Below, one piece after another: positions 40,327 through 45,446 of a DNA stretch of 45,446 nucleotides (position 1 is the stretch's first letter; each line of letters opens with the position of its first letter). Source of the stretch: an uncultured Sphingomonas sp. (GTDB lineage: Bacteria; Pseudomonadota; Alphaproteobacteria; Sphingomonadales; Sphingomonadaceae); the NCBI GenBank assembly GCA_965653215.1, contig CBFGZJ010000001.1, forward strand, positions 1 to 45,446. Reading direction: 5' to 3'. Under the pieces are notes generated by a model that was given only the letters and a program-made list of their open reading frames with translations, had not been told where the DNA came from and did not search any database. Both the position numbers and the translations under genes were made by a program.

Positions 40327-40355
40327 CATGTGGCGGCGCTTAGGGGCGGTGTCAA
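40327..40355 (-). promoter_or_regulatory. Candidate sigma70 promoter of tRNA-Tyr
   Basis: TTGACA-17 nt-CACATG followed by a GC-rich discriminator. Confidence 0.55.
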
Positions 40356-40435
40356 CGCGGGAAAGCGCTGTCGCCCGCTCGGCTATCGCCTCTCGGGCGC
40401 TCCAAAGCTTTAACATGCCCCCGGCATGTCGGCTT

Positions 40436-40509
40436 TGGAGCGGGTGAAGGGAATCGAACCCTCGTCGTAAGCTTGGAAGGCTTCTGCTCTACCATTGAGC
40501 TACACCCGC
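40436..40509 (-). tRNA. tRNA-Gly (TCC)
   Basis: GCGGGTG acceptor stem, AAGC-CTTCCAA-GCTT, GGTTCGATT, encoded CCA. Confidence 0.98.
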
Positions 40510-40766
40510 CCGCGAACGAGCGCTTGCCACATCGCCGGGGTGAAGAGCAAGGGAGCTTGCGCGTCGAAGCTCCGCTGAGCCAGCCGGAGCGCTGCGCGTC
40601 AGGGCCTAATGCAATGAATTTGCTGCTTGGGTGAGGACCGCCGCGCAATTCCTCATCGAATCGTAACAATATGCATAAATTTGCTCCCGTAAGCCTTGAC
40701 TCCTCCCCTTAGGCAATTGCAATTGCTGCAGTGCAACATTCCGGTTGCAGCTGAGCGGGGGTGGCA

Positions 40767-42077
40767 ATGGGGATTCCAAAACTCAGATTTCTTAGCGCGG
40801 CGGTATTGGCGGCCATGCCAACCGTCGCGTTCGCGCAGGACGCGATGGCGTCCGAAAAAGGTGATACGGCGTGGATGCTGACCGCGACCGTGCTCGTCAT
40901 GCTAATGATTCTTCCGGGACTGGCGCTGTTTTACGGCGGTCTCGTGCGGACGAAGAATATGCTGTCGCTCCTAAGCCAGGTCCTCGGCATTGCAGCGGTC
41001 ACGATCATTGGCTGGATCATCTACGGCTACTCACTCGCCTTCAACGGTGGCAACGCCTATGTTGGCGACCTCGGCAAGGCGGGGCTGGCTGGGATCGCGC
41101 CCGACACGCTCGCGGCAACCTTCTCGGCTGGCGTGGGCATTCCGGAATATGTTTTCGTCGCATTCCAGATGACTTTTGCGGCGATTACGATCGCGCTGGT
41201 TATCGGAGCGTTGGCCGAACGCGTGAAATTTGCCGCGATCATGCTGTTTGCGGTGCTGTGGCTTGCCGTGGTTTACGCGCCGATCGCGCACATGGTCTGG
41301 TACGCCGATGGCTATCTGTTCGGCCTTGGCGCACTTGATTTCGCGGGCGGAACGGTCGTCCACATTAATTCGGGCGTCGCGGGTCTTGTCGGCGTGTGGT
41401 TTGCCGGCCGCCGTATTGGGTTCCTGCGGGACGCCATGCCCCCGCATTCGCTTGCTCTGACGCTCGCCGGCGCAGGACTGCTGTGGGTCGGCTGGTTCGG
41501 GTTCAACGCCGGTTCGGCGCTGGAGGCGAACGGAACGGCAGCGCTGGCGATGATCAACACGTTCGTCGCTCCGGCGGCGGGGGTCATCACCTGGATGGTC
41601 CTCGAATGGATCGTGTCGAAGAAGCCGTCGCTTCTGGGTGGAGCGTCGGGGGCGATTGCCGGTCTCGTCGGGATCACTCCGGCCGCCGGAACCAGCGGCC
41701 CAATGGGCGCGATCCTCCTAGGTGTATTGCCGGCGCTGGTGTGCTACATCTTCGTCGGACACCTCAAAAACAAGCTGAAACTCGACGACTCTCTTGACGT
41801 TTTCGGGATTCATGGTCTTGGAGGAATTGTCGGTTCGCTGGGAACCGCGATCGTCACGTCGCCGGCATTCGGCGGGACTGGCGCCGAGGACTACTCGATT
41901 GGTGGCCAACTGGGCATCCAGGCTACCGCGGTCGTCGTCGCTATCCTGTGGTCGGCGGTCGGATCGGCGATCTGCTTCGCCATTGTGAAGGCGATTGTCG
42001 GACTCCGTCATGCTGAAGAGCAGGAACGCGAAGGGCTCGACATCGCGGATCACGGCGAGCGGGCGTACAATTACTAA
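40767..42077 (+). CDS. amtB: Ammonium transporter
   Basis: PGLALFYGGL, FQMTFA, AHMVW, DFAGGTVVH, GWFGFNAGS, DDSLDVFGIHG, HGERAY. Confidence 0.97.
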   Translation: MGIPKLRFLSAAVLAAMPTVAFAQDAMASEKGDTAWMLTATVLVMLMILPGLALFYGGLVRTKNMLSLLSQVLGIAAVTIIGWIIYGYSLAFNGGNAYVGDLGKAGLAGIAPDTLAATFSAGVGIPEYVFVAFQMTFAAITIALVIGALAERVKFAAIMLFAVLWLAVVYAPIAHMVWYADGYLFGLGALDFAGGTVVHINSGVAGLVGVWFAGRRIGFLRDAMPPHSLALTLAGAGLLWVGWFGFNAGSALEANGTAALAMINTFVAPAAGVITWMVLEWIVSKKPSLLGGASGAIAGLVGITPAAGTSGPMGAILLGVLPALVCYIFVGHLKNKLKLDDSLDVFGIHGLGGIVGSLGTAIVTSPAFGGTGAEDYSIGGQLGIQATAVVVAILWSAVGSAICFAIVKAIVGLRHAEEQEREGLDIADHGERAYNY

Positions 42078-42101
42078 GATGATTACGGGAGTGCTCAGGT
42101 T

Positions 42102-45446
<3,345 letters not shown>

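Noticed and set aside
40710-40726. Sigma54 promoter upstream of amtB (TAGGCA...TTGC)
   Set aside because: GG-to-GC spacing is one base longer than the strict -24/-12 spacing

Overview
GC-rich alphaproteobacterial chromosome segment; the gene set and order look Sphingomonadaceae-like (inference). Left to right: (1) 1-7.6 kb, an accessory catabolic cluster just 3' of tRNA-Phe (acyl-CoA ligase, spinster-type MFS, secreted GH3, TetR, small secreted protein, SDR, MDR). (2) 7.6-15.4 kb, core genes (yacG, RNase E/G-like, maf, infA, hppA, thiL, nusB, pirin, bolA, J-domain protein). (3) 15.4-27.5 kb, an amino-acid biosynthesis block: cysH-cysG-cysJ-cysI divergent from an Lrp/DecR-like regulator, then a tightly coupled leuC-leuD-chorismate mutase-aroA-prephenate dehydratase-aroC operon. 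(4) gamma-CA, second pirin, Pro-rich membrane protein, alkA, rlmB. (5) phoR-pstSCAB-phoU-phoB with Pho boxes. (6) An uncharacterised three-gene module downstream of tRNA-Tyr: a membrane-anchored LuxR-type HTH protein, a 114-aa helical protein, a 13-bp stem-loop and a 5-TM protein. This is the best candidate for an undescribed system. (7) tRNA-Tyr, tRNA-Gly, amtB and a 5'-partial gltB. No integrase, transposase, CRISPR array or rRNA was seen. All calls come from motif recognition by eye; no database searches were run.
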